This document shows positions 19,558-29,759 of a stretch of 64,000 nt of DNA, piece after piece. The notes beneath the pieces are model-generated. The model saw nothing but the letters and a program-made list of their open reading frames with translations, was not told the DNA's origin and did not search any database. Every line of letters begins with the position of its first letter. Within the stretch, counting starts at the first letter, position 1. Location: positions 62,001 to 126,000 of the IMG/VR virus record IMGVR_UViG_3300028654_000001. One strand, 5' to 3'. The position numbers were made by a program, and so were the translations under genes.

Positions 19558-20460
19558 TGTTCAACCAAACCAAAGTACACCGAGACTTCCAAAGGGCCAC
19601 CCCGCAAAACCCCACTTTGGTCTCCACTGAACTTGATTCTGATTGGCAAGCTCTGAGTCGTTCTTCAGCTCAATTATCAGATCTCAAAAGTTATAGCCGC
19701 CCCAAGACAAAATTTGAAATCCGCCATGAGCCATCTAGGAGTCCCTTAAGGGGGGTGCCTAGCCCGCCCTGAGTCGGTCCAGAAAGAACCGCCACCGCCA
19801 TGAGCCATCTCTGGTCATGTCCACTCCGGTGTCTCGTCTCCGTGCCACCTGGACGCCCCTGCCAAGTTTGGTAGTTGTTACCCCGTCACCTAAATGTAGG
19901 TCGCTGACTAAATTAAGCCGGCCAACTAAACACCCCTAAACTTGCCCCGTCCTCTGCCCCTAGCCCCTGTCAGGTACAAGCCCAAGTTATTGCTTTTCCA
20001 GAAAAATTTGCCGCCGCAGGGAATTTTTTGCCCCTAGCCCCTTTTCAGGACAACTGGCAATGCCCCTACCCCGCTCCTGGGGTTTTTATGAGTCCAGAAA
20101 TACTAGGAACCATTGATTATTCTGGTAAAGTCCTACCGCGAAGCAGGTCGGGTTAAACCCGAAATACCTCACCGCCGCATAAAATGATCATGAGTACTAA
20201 ATACCCCAATTTAGGCAAGAACCGGTCAGTCGGAATGATAACCAAGCGAATTTCCATTATATTGGATCCAACACACATCTTCGTGTGTGTTTTACTTCAC
20301 ATCTCATCATCACACACCTAATACACACTAAAAGACTACACAACACACAGTTAGTACACAGATAGTGAGTAAATATGTGGGTCATGTGTGTGCACCCTAG
20401 GGTTACTGGCCAGCTACTGTGCTAGACAAGAGCCATGCCAAGTACCCTCTATAATAAATG

Positions 20461-20494
20461 GTGAGATAGTAGGGCCTCATGTGTAGTACTGAGC
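20461..20494 (+). promoter_or_regulatory. Class-1 promoter
   Basis: GTGAGA-N17-TAGTAC-TGAGC-ATG. Confidence 0.7.
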
Positions 20495-20698
20495 ATGGAA
20501 CACGTTCGATTCAGCCAAGACCAGAAACGAATCATCGTCCTGAATAACCAATATGCTCAGTGCGGGATCAACTACGACAAGGACACTCGGCGCATCGTAG
20601 AGCAAGACATACACACGAGGCCTACCCTCAAGGCCATCCCCATTGAGTACGAAGAGTACCGCCTGCAGACGGTCTCTCTAGGACCCCTCTTCACGTAG
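20495..20698 (+). CDS. Hypothetical protein, paralog of 24876..25067
   Basis: YAQCGINYDKDTRR vs YAQFGVSCDKATRR. Confidence 0.7.
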   Translation: MEHVRFSQDQKRIIVLNNQYAQCGINYDKDTRRIVEQDIHTRPTLKAIPIEYEEYRLQTVSLGPLFT

Positions 20699-20869
20699 GA
20701 TACGTTCGAACCGTGTGGGGTACAGCCGCAGAAGTGGCAGTTGTACAGGACACACATCAGTACCTAGGAGACAGGGAGGAGTAACTCCCTTTGAGCACTC
20801 CCAGTACCTCCGTACCATCAACGAGTGCTGACAGTCATCACAGGGGTAGGGCTGGTCAGGCATCGCCAA
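20678..20869 (-). CDS. Small Cys-rich protein with PTRFERIL tag
   Basis: PCDDC...C...C, ends LYPTRFERILREEGS. Confidence 0.75.
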   Translation of the reverse strand: MAMPDQPYPCDDCQHSLMVRRYWECSKGVTPPCLLGTDVCPVQLPLLRLYPTRFERILREEGS

Positions 20870-20912
20870 AGAACCCTACCATAGAGGGCCTTCTTGGTGT
20901 ACTGTCCATCCA

Positions 20913-21689
20913 ATGGCCGACGAGATCGAAGACTATTGGGAGGGGATTAGACCCCCTCGAGAGCCGGTTCCCCAGGCCTCGGACTGGCATAGGTTCTTCC
21001 CAGAGGGGCCGCCTAGTGCCGAACTCCCCTTCGGTATAACTCAGGACCTCCTAGCTAGGAACCGGGGTATCATTGAAGTAGTTCGTCAAGGACTCTACTC
21101 AGAGCTGGGTCGTGACCCTACTACAGATGAGATAATCACCGGACTAATCCCAGAGTTGGTATTTAGAGGGAGACTTCTGCAGCTGTACCCAGATCCTGGG
21201 CGGGATTTTGCACCTATTCGCCAGACACTCAGCACTCATCTGGGACGTGAGCCTAACATTCAAGAGATCCAAGACGCTTACAATAAAGAGGCCATCAGAA
21301 CCCTTAGCCAGTATAACCCCGTCCCCGAGACCCAAGAAGAGCTTGAGGCCTTACGGCCCGAGACACCCGCCGGTGAATCTCTTGGTAATAGGGTTGATCC
21401 AACCCATGCAGATATTCACCAAGCCCTTATAGATGGCTTGGGTCGAGATCCAACCATCCAAGAGATGAGTGAGGCCTACTCCTACCTAACCCGAGGGTTC
21501 AACCTCACCGAGCACCTCCTGAACCGGATCACCCATGACCTCGGGGCTCTTGGCTTCCCACCAGAGTCAATCACCATTGACCGGTCCATCGAAGGTGATG
21601 CACAGAGCCTGACCATCCACATGCCAAGGACCCAGCAAACCCAACTCACTGGACCTGGACACAGTAGCGTCACATTCCATAGATCATAG
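20913..21689 (+). CDS. DIESYW-family protein with three LGR(D/E)Pxx(D/Q)E repeats
   Basis: MADEIEDYWEGIRPP; LGRDPTTDEI, LGREPNIQEI, LGRDPTIQEM; C-terminal LGALGFPPESI. Confidence 0.8.
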   Translation: MADEIEDYWEGIRPPREPVPQASDWHRFFPEGPPSAELPFGITQDLLARNRGIIEVVRQGLYSELGRDPTTDEIITGLIPELVFRGRLLQLYPDPGRDFAPIRQTLSTHLGREPNIQEIQDAYNKEAIRTLSQYNPVPETQEELEALRPETPAGESLGNRVDPTHADIHQALIDGLGRDPTIQEMSEAYSYLTRGFNLTEHLLNRITHDLGALGFPPESITIDRSIEGDAQSLTIHMPRTQQTQLTGPGHSSVTFHRS

Positions 21690-22321
21690 AAGTAAATGTA
21701 CGCATGGTACCGGTTCCGTGCCTATATTAGCACGAACATGGTAAGTGCCTACATGTGGGCGAGAATCACTTTGGAACATATAGTCAGGAACCTGTTCCTG
21801 GAGTACATATGGAATACCCTGTAATCTGGGTGCAGGCTTTGGGAGGGCCTAAAACCAAACCCTGCAAAGCCTGCACTTTTGCAGGTACCAAGAATCATTG
21901 AGGTTGGCCAGCTGGCGGCAGGCTTTGCAGGGTTTAGGGACACGCATCAAAGCCTGCAAAGCCTGCAGGTAAGGTTCCGTACCCTTCCCCTAAATTCCCC
22001 TAGTTTCCCCTAAACTCCCTTATCTTCTGTTCCCTTACACCCATGACACCCCATGAATGGCCTCAACACCGCCCGAAGGGGCTCGTAAATGCGGACACCA
22101 GTGTCCCATTTACCCAAGCAGTGTGACATTTTACTTTGGGCCCTTGATCTTAGGAACCTCTCGGGTGTAGAGTCCAAGGCGTTACTGATCATTGAAGTGT
22201 TACTCCTGTCTAGAAGGTTTGAGCGGCCCTAGGTTTCTGGCATTACCTAGGGCCGTTCCCTTTTTGTTTTGGTGAGATCAGAACCCCTCAAACGTAGTAC
22301 TAGACGAACTGAGGGATCTTT

Positions 22322-22711
22322 ATGAAAGACGAAACAGACGTCATTAATGTGAAGGCCAAGGATATAGAAGTTGGTGCTGAGGTGTGGGTCGACATCAGCC
22401 AATACTGCGGCTGGGAGAGGGTCACCAATGTTCTTGTTACCTCTAACGGGAAGGTCAAGATTACGACTACCGACGGGGCCTACTACGACCAAGAACGGTT
22501 GTTTCGGGTCAAGAAGTACAAGCCTGCCTCTAAGGTCAAGGTCACCCTCGAAGAAGTCGTTCAGATCTCTGCCACCAATTGTACGGTTGACACTGTGCAT
22601 AAGCTCGCTGAAGTCATCTACCGAGGGGTCAGATCAGGTACGGTGACCGTTGACTCATTGGAAGCCAACCTGGGCCTCTTGCTCTTCAGCTCAACTTCCA
22701 AAGTAGCCTAG
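22322..22711 (+). CDS. Hypothetical protein
   Basis: Class-1 promoter at 22272-22300; GAGG RBS. Confidence 0.7.
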   Translation: MKDETDVINVKAKDIEVGAEVWVDISQYCGWERVTNVLVTSNGKVKITTTDGAYYDQERLFRVKKYKPASKVKVTLEEVVQISATNCTVDTVHKLAEVIYRGVRSGTVTVDSLEANLGLLLFSSTSKVA

Positions 22712-23261
22712 CCCCAACTTTGGATCGGCTCCGAGTCCTCCTTTCCTCGGAGCCATTCCCTTTTAAGAAGTGCCCATCGTACCCACTTCTTTTACTTTCG
22801 GGTCACTTCCGATACTTCCCGGGTTGCGCCGACCCAATGGAAACCAGACTTTCCTCAGCCCCCTTCGAGGCCTTGGAGTGTCCTGAACTGATCCGCTATG
22901 GATTAGCGAGCTCTTCTTCAAAGAGCCCAAAACACCCCATGACAGGTCACAAATGGTCACAGATCCCCATACTTAGAATAAAGGTTTGGATGCTCACTAT
23001 TCTAGACTAAGTAAATATAGGTGGTATGCTAATGCCCGACGGGGAGGGCATTAGTATTTGGGGACAATCCCATGTAGGTACTTCCCCTCTGACACCCCAT
23101 GACAGGCCATGGACACCTCACGGCACCAGAACAAGCTGTGGGTAACTCTATCCCAATAGAAGTTCAACACTTAGAGTTAAGGGGCGAGGGCCTCTGTGCA
23201 AAAGACCACAATCCACCAACTATTTTAGTGAGTTCTAGCTGGCTTGTATGTAATATTAGGC

Positions 23262-23570
23262 ATGGACCAGAACACAGCCAAGCAAGAAGAGCAACCTGTT
23301 AGGACAACCTTGATACCCGTCAGTGGTATCCGAACACCCCATCTCGACTTACTGTACAAATTGCTCAATGCTCACATTAAACTCAAGAAGGCTGTTCTTG
23401 ATCCCCCAGTTGTCTTAGGGGCGAGGGCCCTCGAGGAAGCAAAGTGGAGTCTTCAGAAGTTGGAGCTCTTGTTCGCGGACAGCTTCGGGAAGCGGGCCCC
23501 CACTACTATGGCCGAGATCTACCAGATGATCTCCTCAGGAGTCGACAACAGTCTTCGGAGTAGAGCCTAG
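23262..23570 (+). CDS. Hypothetical protein, paralog of 24015..24311
   Basis: KLELLFADSFGKRAP..EIYQMI vs KLELLYADHFGRMPP..KIYQMI; promoter 23228-23256. Confidence 0.75.
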   Translation: MDQNTAKQEEQPVRTTLIPVSGIRTPHLDLLYKLLNAHIKLKKAVLDPPVVLGARALEEAKWSLQKLELLFADSFGKRAPTTMAEIYQMISSGVDNSLRSRA

Positions 23571-23781
23571 GTCCAAACCTCTTTTTCTTACGCTTAAAAA
23601 CCACCTACCAAAGGATCCGATCCCATGTTCACTCGTCTACTCACTCGTATCAAGGCCTTCTTTCAAGCTCATCAAATCGCGGCTCGTAGCCGGAAGTTCA
23701 TACGGCTTGAGGCCGACGTCGAAGTTCACTCCCACCTAGGACTGTAGTTAGATCCAAGAGCCTCAAACGTAGTATTTGAGT

Positions 23782-24006
23782 ATGCTCAATCTCACTCCTG
23801 GCCAGCCCGTTGAAGTCCACTGCATGCTCCTAAGCAACGGAGCGTTCCTTGCCCCGACCAAGGTCTGGGCTTCAGGCTATGTGTTCGAGGGCTTCAACGG
23901 GGAACTGGTCGTTGTCAGACAGGTCAAGAAAGGACTTTTCAACAACTGTCTCATAAATTATGCCCTCGAAGATGTTCGTGGTGAGATCGAGGGCACTCAA
24001 ACGTAG
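23782..24006 (+). CDS. Hypothetical protein
   Basis: Class-1 promoter 23747-23775. Confidence 0.65.
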   Translation: MLNLTPGQPVEVHCMLLSNGAFLAPTKVWASGYVFEGFNGELVVVRQVKKGLFNNCLINYALEDVRGEIEGTQT

Positions 24007-24014
24007 TATTGAGT

Positions 24015-24311
24015 ATGATCATTAATTCAAGCACTAAGCTCCCTGTTGAAATACAAGCATTTGGCATGATGCTCGTTGATGCTCGGACCTCTCATACCAA
24101 CTTGCTGTACTCCCTTCTCAAGGCTCGTATTGCGGCCCTGAGAGATATATTTGATGACTCTCTGAATTGGGAGCTGGAGAAGCTGGAGCTTCTCTATGCA
24201 GACCACTTTGGACGTATGCCTCCAGAATCGTTAGTCAAGATCTACCAGATGATCACTACCGATTCCTCATCGATACCCTGGAAGAAAACCAACAATTGCG
24301 GACATAACTAA
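24015..24311 (+). CDS. Hypothetical protein, paralog of 23262..23570
   Basis: Class-1 promoter 23981-24009. Confidence 0.75.
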   Translation: MIINSSTKLPVEIQAFGMMLVDARTSHTNLLYSLLKARIAALRDIFDDSLNWELEKLELLYADHFGRMPPESLVKIYQMITTDSSSIPWKKTNNCGHN

Positions 24312-24507
24312 GTGAGACTCCCAATGAACACTGCTGAACAAGTTGAACAAACCTCCTATGAAGAGTGCTCCCTTGTCATCGTCGAGAAGGCCCCTAGGAC
24401 CTTATTCGATGCCGTCCGATCCGGTACCCTGACCCAGGACCAGTTTGAGACCTTGATGGCCTCTGCTTCTTTACGCGGTGCTTGGTCAACCCCACGATGA
24501 TTGAAGT

Positions 24508-24807
24508 GTGAGAATTATGAGCGAAACAACGTACTACTACATCAAGTATTGGGAGTCTTCTGGGATCTTGGCAATCAAGAGCGACTTTGAGCCCAGTCAT
24601 AGTGGCTCGGTCCACGTACGTGGCGACTACAAGGACAAGCCCTCCTACCTCCTATGGATCAACAAGGATGCTTTCCTGACGGTCGAGGAAGCTCGAGCCG
24701 CTATAGCCCCCAAGCTCAAGGCTGCCATCACGTCAGCTGAGAAGAAGGTTGCCAAGCTCAAGGCCATCGACCTATCCAAGTTGGAGGTAACGGTCACAGA
24801 GTCCTGA
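24508..24807 (+). CDS. Hypothetical protein, paralog of 26798..27064
   Basis: Shared KYWE.SGI...NKDAFLTVEEARA...KAID.SK. Confidence 0.75.
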   Translation: MRIMSETTYYYIKYWESSGILAIKSDFEPSHSGSVHVRGDYKDKPSYLLWINKDAFLTVEEARAAIAPKLKAAITSAEKKVAKLKAIDLSKLEVTVTES

Positions 24808-24875
24808 TTGGTGAGTACCCAAGGGTACGTGTCAAATATCGGTGAGATCCAAAGCTCTCAGATGTAGTACTGAGC

Positions 24876-25067
24876 ATGACAATCAAGATTACCCTCGAAC
24901 AACGACGAATCGAAGCTATGCGAGCATACTATGCTCAGTTTGGGGTCAGCTGCGACAAGGCCACTCGACGCTTATTTGAGTCCTTTCAAGAGGAGAGTCG
25001 TCCCACCGTCAAGCTCCTCCCTGTAGCATCCAACATGACTGTCCTTCAGATAGTGAGTCCCAAGTAA
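24876..25067 (+). CDS. Hypothetical protein
   Basis: Class-1 promoter 24842-24870. Confidence 0.7.
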   Translation: MTIKITLEQRRIEAMRAYYAQFGVSCDKATRRLFESFQEESRPTVKLLPVASNMTVLQIVSPK

Positions 25068-25080
25068 GACCTGGTAAGTC

Positions 25081-25359
25081 ATGGCAACAAAGAACCGCTA
25101 TACCTACAAGTACCCAACAACTACTTGGGACGAAATCCGAGCCGACTTGAGGACTCACAAGCGCTCCTATTGGTACTCCATCAAGAAGGCTGCTGATTGC
25201 ATCGTAAACATGATGAGGCCCGGGTATACCTCGGAACCCTACATGCAGTTGATTGAAGTGTCCCACAACGGCAGTATGCGAGTAGTAGCAGAACGAACTC
25301 AAGGCGAATGGCTCGTACCCAGCGTGGCTTCTGGCTTTACCTCTCGACGAGTTGCCTAA
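25081..25359 (+). CDS. Hypothetical protein
   Basis: 92-aa ORF in the plus-strand early-type cluster. Confidence 0.65.
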   Translation: MATKNRYTYKYPTTTWDEIRADLRTHKRSYWYSIKKAADCIVNMMRPGYTSEPYMQLIEVSHNGSMRVVAERTQGEWLVPSVASGFTSRRVA

Positions 25360-25619
25360 TGTCCTATCAAGTATCCACTGAAGACGGAACTTTCAATGAG
25401 CTGACCAAGCCCGAAGCTGACCTGTTGCACTCGGGCTTGGAATCTCTCCAAAAGGGTGAGTATACGGAACACCTCCTTTCGGTGTTCGATTCCTGGTGCA
25501 GAGCCACTGGGGCCCCTGACTCCATCCTTGTGCTGTCAACTGTCTTTCCAGTCAAGGCTCTCTTGTCCTTGGTTCGGTATTATCGGTGAGATCCAAGCCC
25601 CTCAAACGTAATACTGAGC

Positions 25620-25787
25620 ATGGCAACCAAGAACCCGATGTACTTCTACGATGCAGCCCCCTCAGGTCTAACTCGACAAGAGCGTATCGAGCTCGTGGCC
25701 CTCATGAACAAGCCCAATTGGACGAGTACTGAGAAGAGCCGTATCTCGGCCCTCAAGTCCAAGATGAACTACTACAGTGTTGGTTGA
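25620..25787 (+). CDS. 55-aa protein (MATKNPMYFY...), below ORF-track cutoff
   Basis: ATG 5 nt after class-1 promoter 25586-25614. Confidence 0.7.
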   Translation: MATKNPMYFYDAAPSGLTRQERIELVALMNKPNWTSTEKSRISALKSKMNYYSVG

Positions 25788-25790
25788 GCC

Positions 25791-26126
25791 ATGAAGAACA
25801 TAGATGCAGAACTGATTCAAGCGGGGTACACCAAGTACCCTAGTCCTGAAAAGTTTGCCCGTTGTGTCTTTCAAAAGAAGGTATGCAATCAGGGGTCGAC
25901 GGTCCTCTACTTCGTGGACATCACGGCCTACGAGATCCCCAACGACCTCAATGGTCACTACTATGGGGTTGAAGTATCACTGTACAAGCACCTAGGGAAA
26001 GACCCTGAAGCTATGCTGACCTTCCAAGTAAGCCTCAACGATAGGGTATCGCTCCAAGACGTCGAGACCGAGGTAGCCTCAATCTACGAGAAACTGGGTT
26101 GCATCCCGGACCCTCACAACAACTAG
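25791..26126 (+). CDS. Hypothetical protein
   Basis: 111-aa ORF in operon. Confidence 0.65.
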   Translation: MKNIDAELIQAGYTKYPSPEKFARCVFQKKVCNQGSTVLYFVDITAYEIPNDLNGHYYGVEVSLYKHLGKDPEAMLTFQVSLNDRVSLQDVETEVASIYEKLGCIPDPHNN

Positions 26127-26797
26127 GGGAAGTTATGAGCACCCGCCAAGAGATCAAGCGACTTCGAGGCCACAAGCTGGTCCGTCAAGATAAACACTTC
26201 GGATACTGGTGGTATGGGACCGAGGTCATCAACATAGCCCTCGTCAACGAACGCAGCGGCAATTGGAAGCTGACCATTGACTTCCTTCTCGCAGAGATCA
26301 GGATCAAGGTTGAAGGGGATACCGAGAAGATGGTCCGACGTGAGTTTGCCAGCATACTGAGCTCCTTGAAGGCCGGTATAGCGGTACTATGAACCCCCTC
26401 AACAACCTCTGTTGGCACGCCCAAAGAACCGTCCCGAGCACCATCCCCATCAAGGCTGAGTGCTCTCAAGAGATCATTGGCGAGGCTACCATCAAGGTTT
26501 GCCTTGCTTGCGGTCAGGTTGAGGGCACCGTCTCGAATGGATCCCTTCTCAACCCCTCAGGGAACCTCCCCCTGACCGTCTCTCCCGAGGGTGACATCGG
26601 TGTTGAAGCCCGGAGGGTCCTTGGACTCCCATAGTAACGAGCCCAGCACTGTCTTCACAGCCCCAGTACCCGAGAAACCCACTTCAAAACTGACTCCAGA
26701 ATTCATCATCCTGAACCTAGTAGCCGGAATGATCATTGCCTATTGGATTGTTCGTCTACTTAGCTGAGATCAAGGCCCCTCAAGTGTAATACTGAGC

Positions 26798-27064
26798 ATG
26801 GTAACATATTACTACACGAAGTACTGGGAAACCAGTGGCATCCAGATCGTAAAGTCTTCTGGTGAGCCTGGGGTACACGGCACCATTCTTGTCAAAGGGA
26901 CTGGTGGGTATGATTACTGCATCACCCTCAACAAGGATGCCTTCCTGACCGTCGAGGAAGCTCGGGCGGACGTGGTCAAAAGGCATGCAAAGGCCATCAA
27001 GGCTGCCGAGAAGAAGCTTGCCAAGATCAAGGCCATTGACCCCTCCAAGATTACAGTCAAGTGA
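26798..27064 (+). CDS. Hypothetical protein, paralog of 24508..24807
   Basis: Class-1 promoter 26764-26792. Confidence 0.75.
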   Translation: MVTYYYTKYWETSGIQIVKSSGEPGVHGTILVKGTGGYDYCITLNKDAFLTVEEARADVVKRHAKAIKAAEKKLAKIKAIDPSKITVK

Positions 27065-27726
27065 CCAATCAAGATAACAACTCCATGCCAGAAGTTCGTG
27101 AGTGGGTACGAAGTAACCTCTACTTCCGAGCCGTCTGGTCTCGAAAGAATGGCTTCTGGAAGGTCTATTCCAAAGTTAGTCCTTCCCTTACGGCCCCCTA
27201 CCAGTGCGATTGCACTGTGATCCTTAGTGAGGGTCTGGCTGCCACCTGTGACCAGATCAATGAGGGCGTCAAGAATGAGGTTAGGGATCTGCTGAAACGC
27301 CTTGATCGGCCTTCGATGGCTCTTCCTGGCTCACATCGAGACCCTGAAGGAACTGGTGTCAAAGGAAGGCAATGACCATCCCATCAGACCCAAAAGAGGA
27401 TTCAAAGCTCCTCCAACAGATCATCGCCGGGCTCGCAGAGCAGGGCCTTGAAGGGTTCGAGGGCCCTACCCCTGGAACCCTCCACCTGAAGGTCAAAGAC
27501 CTCTCAGTCAGGTTCCTTAGGCTCGAGGTGCAGGGCTACATCAGCTTCGATGAACTCAAGCACCCAGCGAAGCCTGAGTGCACCATCCTCGGAGCAGACA
27601 AGACCCGGCGCTCTCACACCAAGAAGAAGGTCCTCGAGATCGTCCGTACCCTTCGGTACCGACACCGGATCTATTCGAGTCATTGGCCATGTAGTGAGAT
27701 CAGAACCCCTCAAACGTAGTACCAGT

Positions 27727-27969
27727 ATGGCAAGAGACATCGCAGTCCCCCTCAACCACAAGGTAGCCAAAGAGCTCAAATCAAACCTTGAACTCTGGCT
27801 GGTCTTCTCAGCTAAGTTCAGCGGCTACGATTGGGAGATCGATTCCCTGCACCGGCCCGAGTGGGTCAGAGCCACCAAAGAGCACGAGGCTCAGCTCCTG
27901 GAAGAGTCCAAGGTCAAACTCGAGTCCCTCAAGAAGCTCCACGAAGACCTTCAGATCGTTCGATGCTAG
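27727..27969 (+). CDS. Hypothetical protein (MARDIAVP...)
   Basis: Class-1 promoter 27694-27722 fixes the start. Confidence 0.7.
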   Translation: MARDIAVPLNHKVAKELKSNLELWLVFSAKFSGYDWEIDSLHRPEWVRATKEHEAQLLEESKVKLESLKKLHEDLQIVRC

Positions 27970-28433
27970 TTCGTTTCAATCATCGTCCTGTCTTATTCAG
28001 CTTTCCTGGGTGACTACCCGCGAGAGGAAGGCCCTGAGCCTGTCTGGGGTGTCCAAGGTAACCAATCCGACCTGACCCTCGGATTATAATACCCTCAGAA
28101 CGTACATGCAAGCACTCAATGGACCCGTGAGGACTCCTGAGGGTTACTCTGACGGGGGCTTCCTACCAGGAGGGGTCAGTACCCGGTTCGCAATCACAGC
28201 ATCTACGGTTCGGATAGCCCTCACCGCTTGTTGGTACCGCTCACCCCTATTGACCATATTGATCTTCTTGCTCTTGATGGCCATCGCTACACGCCCATGA
28301 ACTGAACTAACACAGGCCTCACCACTCTTTGCAGGCTCACCCTCCATGGCTCTTATCGTATTGATAGCCTCAGCTGCCCTGGCATCAGCTGTCGATGGTG
28401 GAAGTGGCGCCCCTACCCTGCGTTTCATTGATT

Positions 28434-29054
28434 TCATAATACCTTGTCCCAATCCTTCTCGACACCAGGGGTCGCCTCCACAGGCTTGCTTGGGGCCGCT
28501 ACCCTGCCTCTCCCCAGTGCCCGTTCCAAGAGAAGCCTCACCACAAAGGACCGACTCACCTTTTTCCCCTGAGCCCGACTCCGCTTGCTCCGGATCTGGT
28601 CAATCTCGACCAACAGCTCGGTAGGGATACGTACCACAAGTGTCGCTTCTTTGTACTGTTTGACTTTAGGAAGCGTCTTAGGCTCAACCTCCCCGTTTAA
28701 TACCCTTTGGTACACACCCTCGACTTCTTCCGGTGCTGTATTGAACCACTCGTGCCCGCAACCCTCTTCCCGCAACCACTTCCCTTCTAACTTCAAAAGG
28801 TAGTGGATTCCTCTCTCAATAAGTTCCGGGGTATCAGTGTGAATTACAAGTCCTATGACCGGGGGTTCAGGCCAAGCTGTCCGAAGGCCTTGAGCCAGAA
28901 TTCTCTTGAGGGCGTCATTCTTCGTGTGACCTACCTTACATCTCCAGGATTCCAGTCCAGTGAGTTTAGCATTTTCCCTATGGGTCGAGTAGAACCATAC
29001 ATAGACGATCCCAGCTCCTACACCCACTTCCCGTTCATATCGAAGGTCAGACAC
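28434..29054 (-). CDS. GIY-YIG (T5orf172/MUG113-like) domain fused to a C-terminal ribbon-helix-helix
   Basis: GIVYVW...CKVGHT...KRI...IERGIH...GHEWF; TLVVRIPTELLVEID...SRSFVVRLLLERAL. Confidence 0.75.
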   Translation of the reverse strand: MSDLRYEREVGVGAGIVYVWFYSTHRENAKLTGLESWRCKVGHTKNDALKRILAQGLRTAWPEPPVIGLVIHTDTPELIERGIHYLLKLEGKWLREEGCGHEWFNTAPEEVEGVYQRVLNGEVEPKTLPKVKQYKEATLVVRIPTELLVEIDQIRSKRSRAQGKKVSRSFVVRLLLERALGRGRVAAPSKPVEATPGVEKDWDKVL

Positions 29055-29122
29055 TCTCGATTGGTATCATGTAATACACGTTTGATCAATGTAATACAAA
29101 TGGCACTCCACTTCTGGATTAG

Positions 29123-29401
29123 CTAGGTGTCCGGAAGCTCACCCCCATCATCGGGAGAAGGCACCGAGGGAGCCCTCCGGGCTGGTTCGCTAGCCTTGAC
29201 CTTGTCCCCTCCTTGTTCGTACTTGTCGGCCCCACTCTTCAAGAGTGCTCGAATGACCATTGCCCGTGTCAGTGGGAAGGGGACTGTCTTACTCATCTGG
29301 TCTCTGATTCGGTCAATCCGCTCCCCAAGTTCGAGATCCAGACGTATGTTGAATGCATATTCCATGGGCATATTGCTCACCTGTAACTCAGTGTAACTCA
29401 C
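29123..29401 (-). CDS. Ribbon-helix-helix regulator (true start probably MPMEY/MEY)
   Basis: FNIRLDLELGERID...LTRAMVIRALLKSG. Confidence 0.7.
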   Translation of the reverse strand: MSYTELQVSNMPMEYAFNIRLDLELGERIDRIRDQMSKTVPFPLTRAMVIRALLKSGADKYEQGGDKVKASEPARRAPSVPSPDDGGELPDT

Positions 29402-29413
29402 TGAGTTACACTG
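29389..29413. promoter_or_regulatory. Perfect 12-1-12 palindrome, putative RHH operator
   Basis: CAGTGTAACTCA-C-TGAGTTACACTG. Confidence 0.6.
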
Positions 29414-29759
29414 GTCAAGAACTCAGTAAATAAGTGTACGAAAACCCACGGTTCCTGCCTATAAGCATGAACATGGTACTTGCGTACATGTAGTTTTTAC
29501 TGTACTTCGTGCTTATAGTCACGAGTCCAGAGCCTGCGTACATTGTATTTAATACAAATCGACCTACCCTCGAGGGGGATTCTTCAGAGCCGGACATATA
29601 GGAGGCTTCGAGCGTACAACCCGCTTGAGACCTTCCCGGACGTCTACGATGTCCAATGGCTTTGGGGAACGAGCACCGACAGGCTTGGCCCCAAGGGCCG
29701 CGGCCACTCGTTTAGGATCAACCTTCCGCTCCATCTTGAACTTTGGCATCCCTACAATC

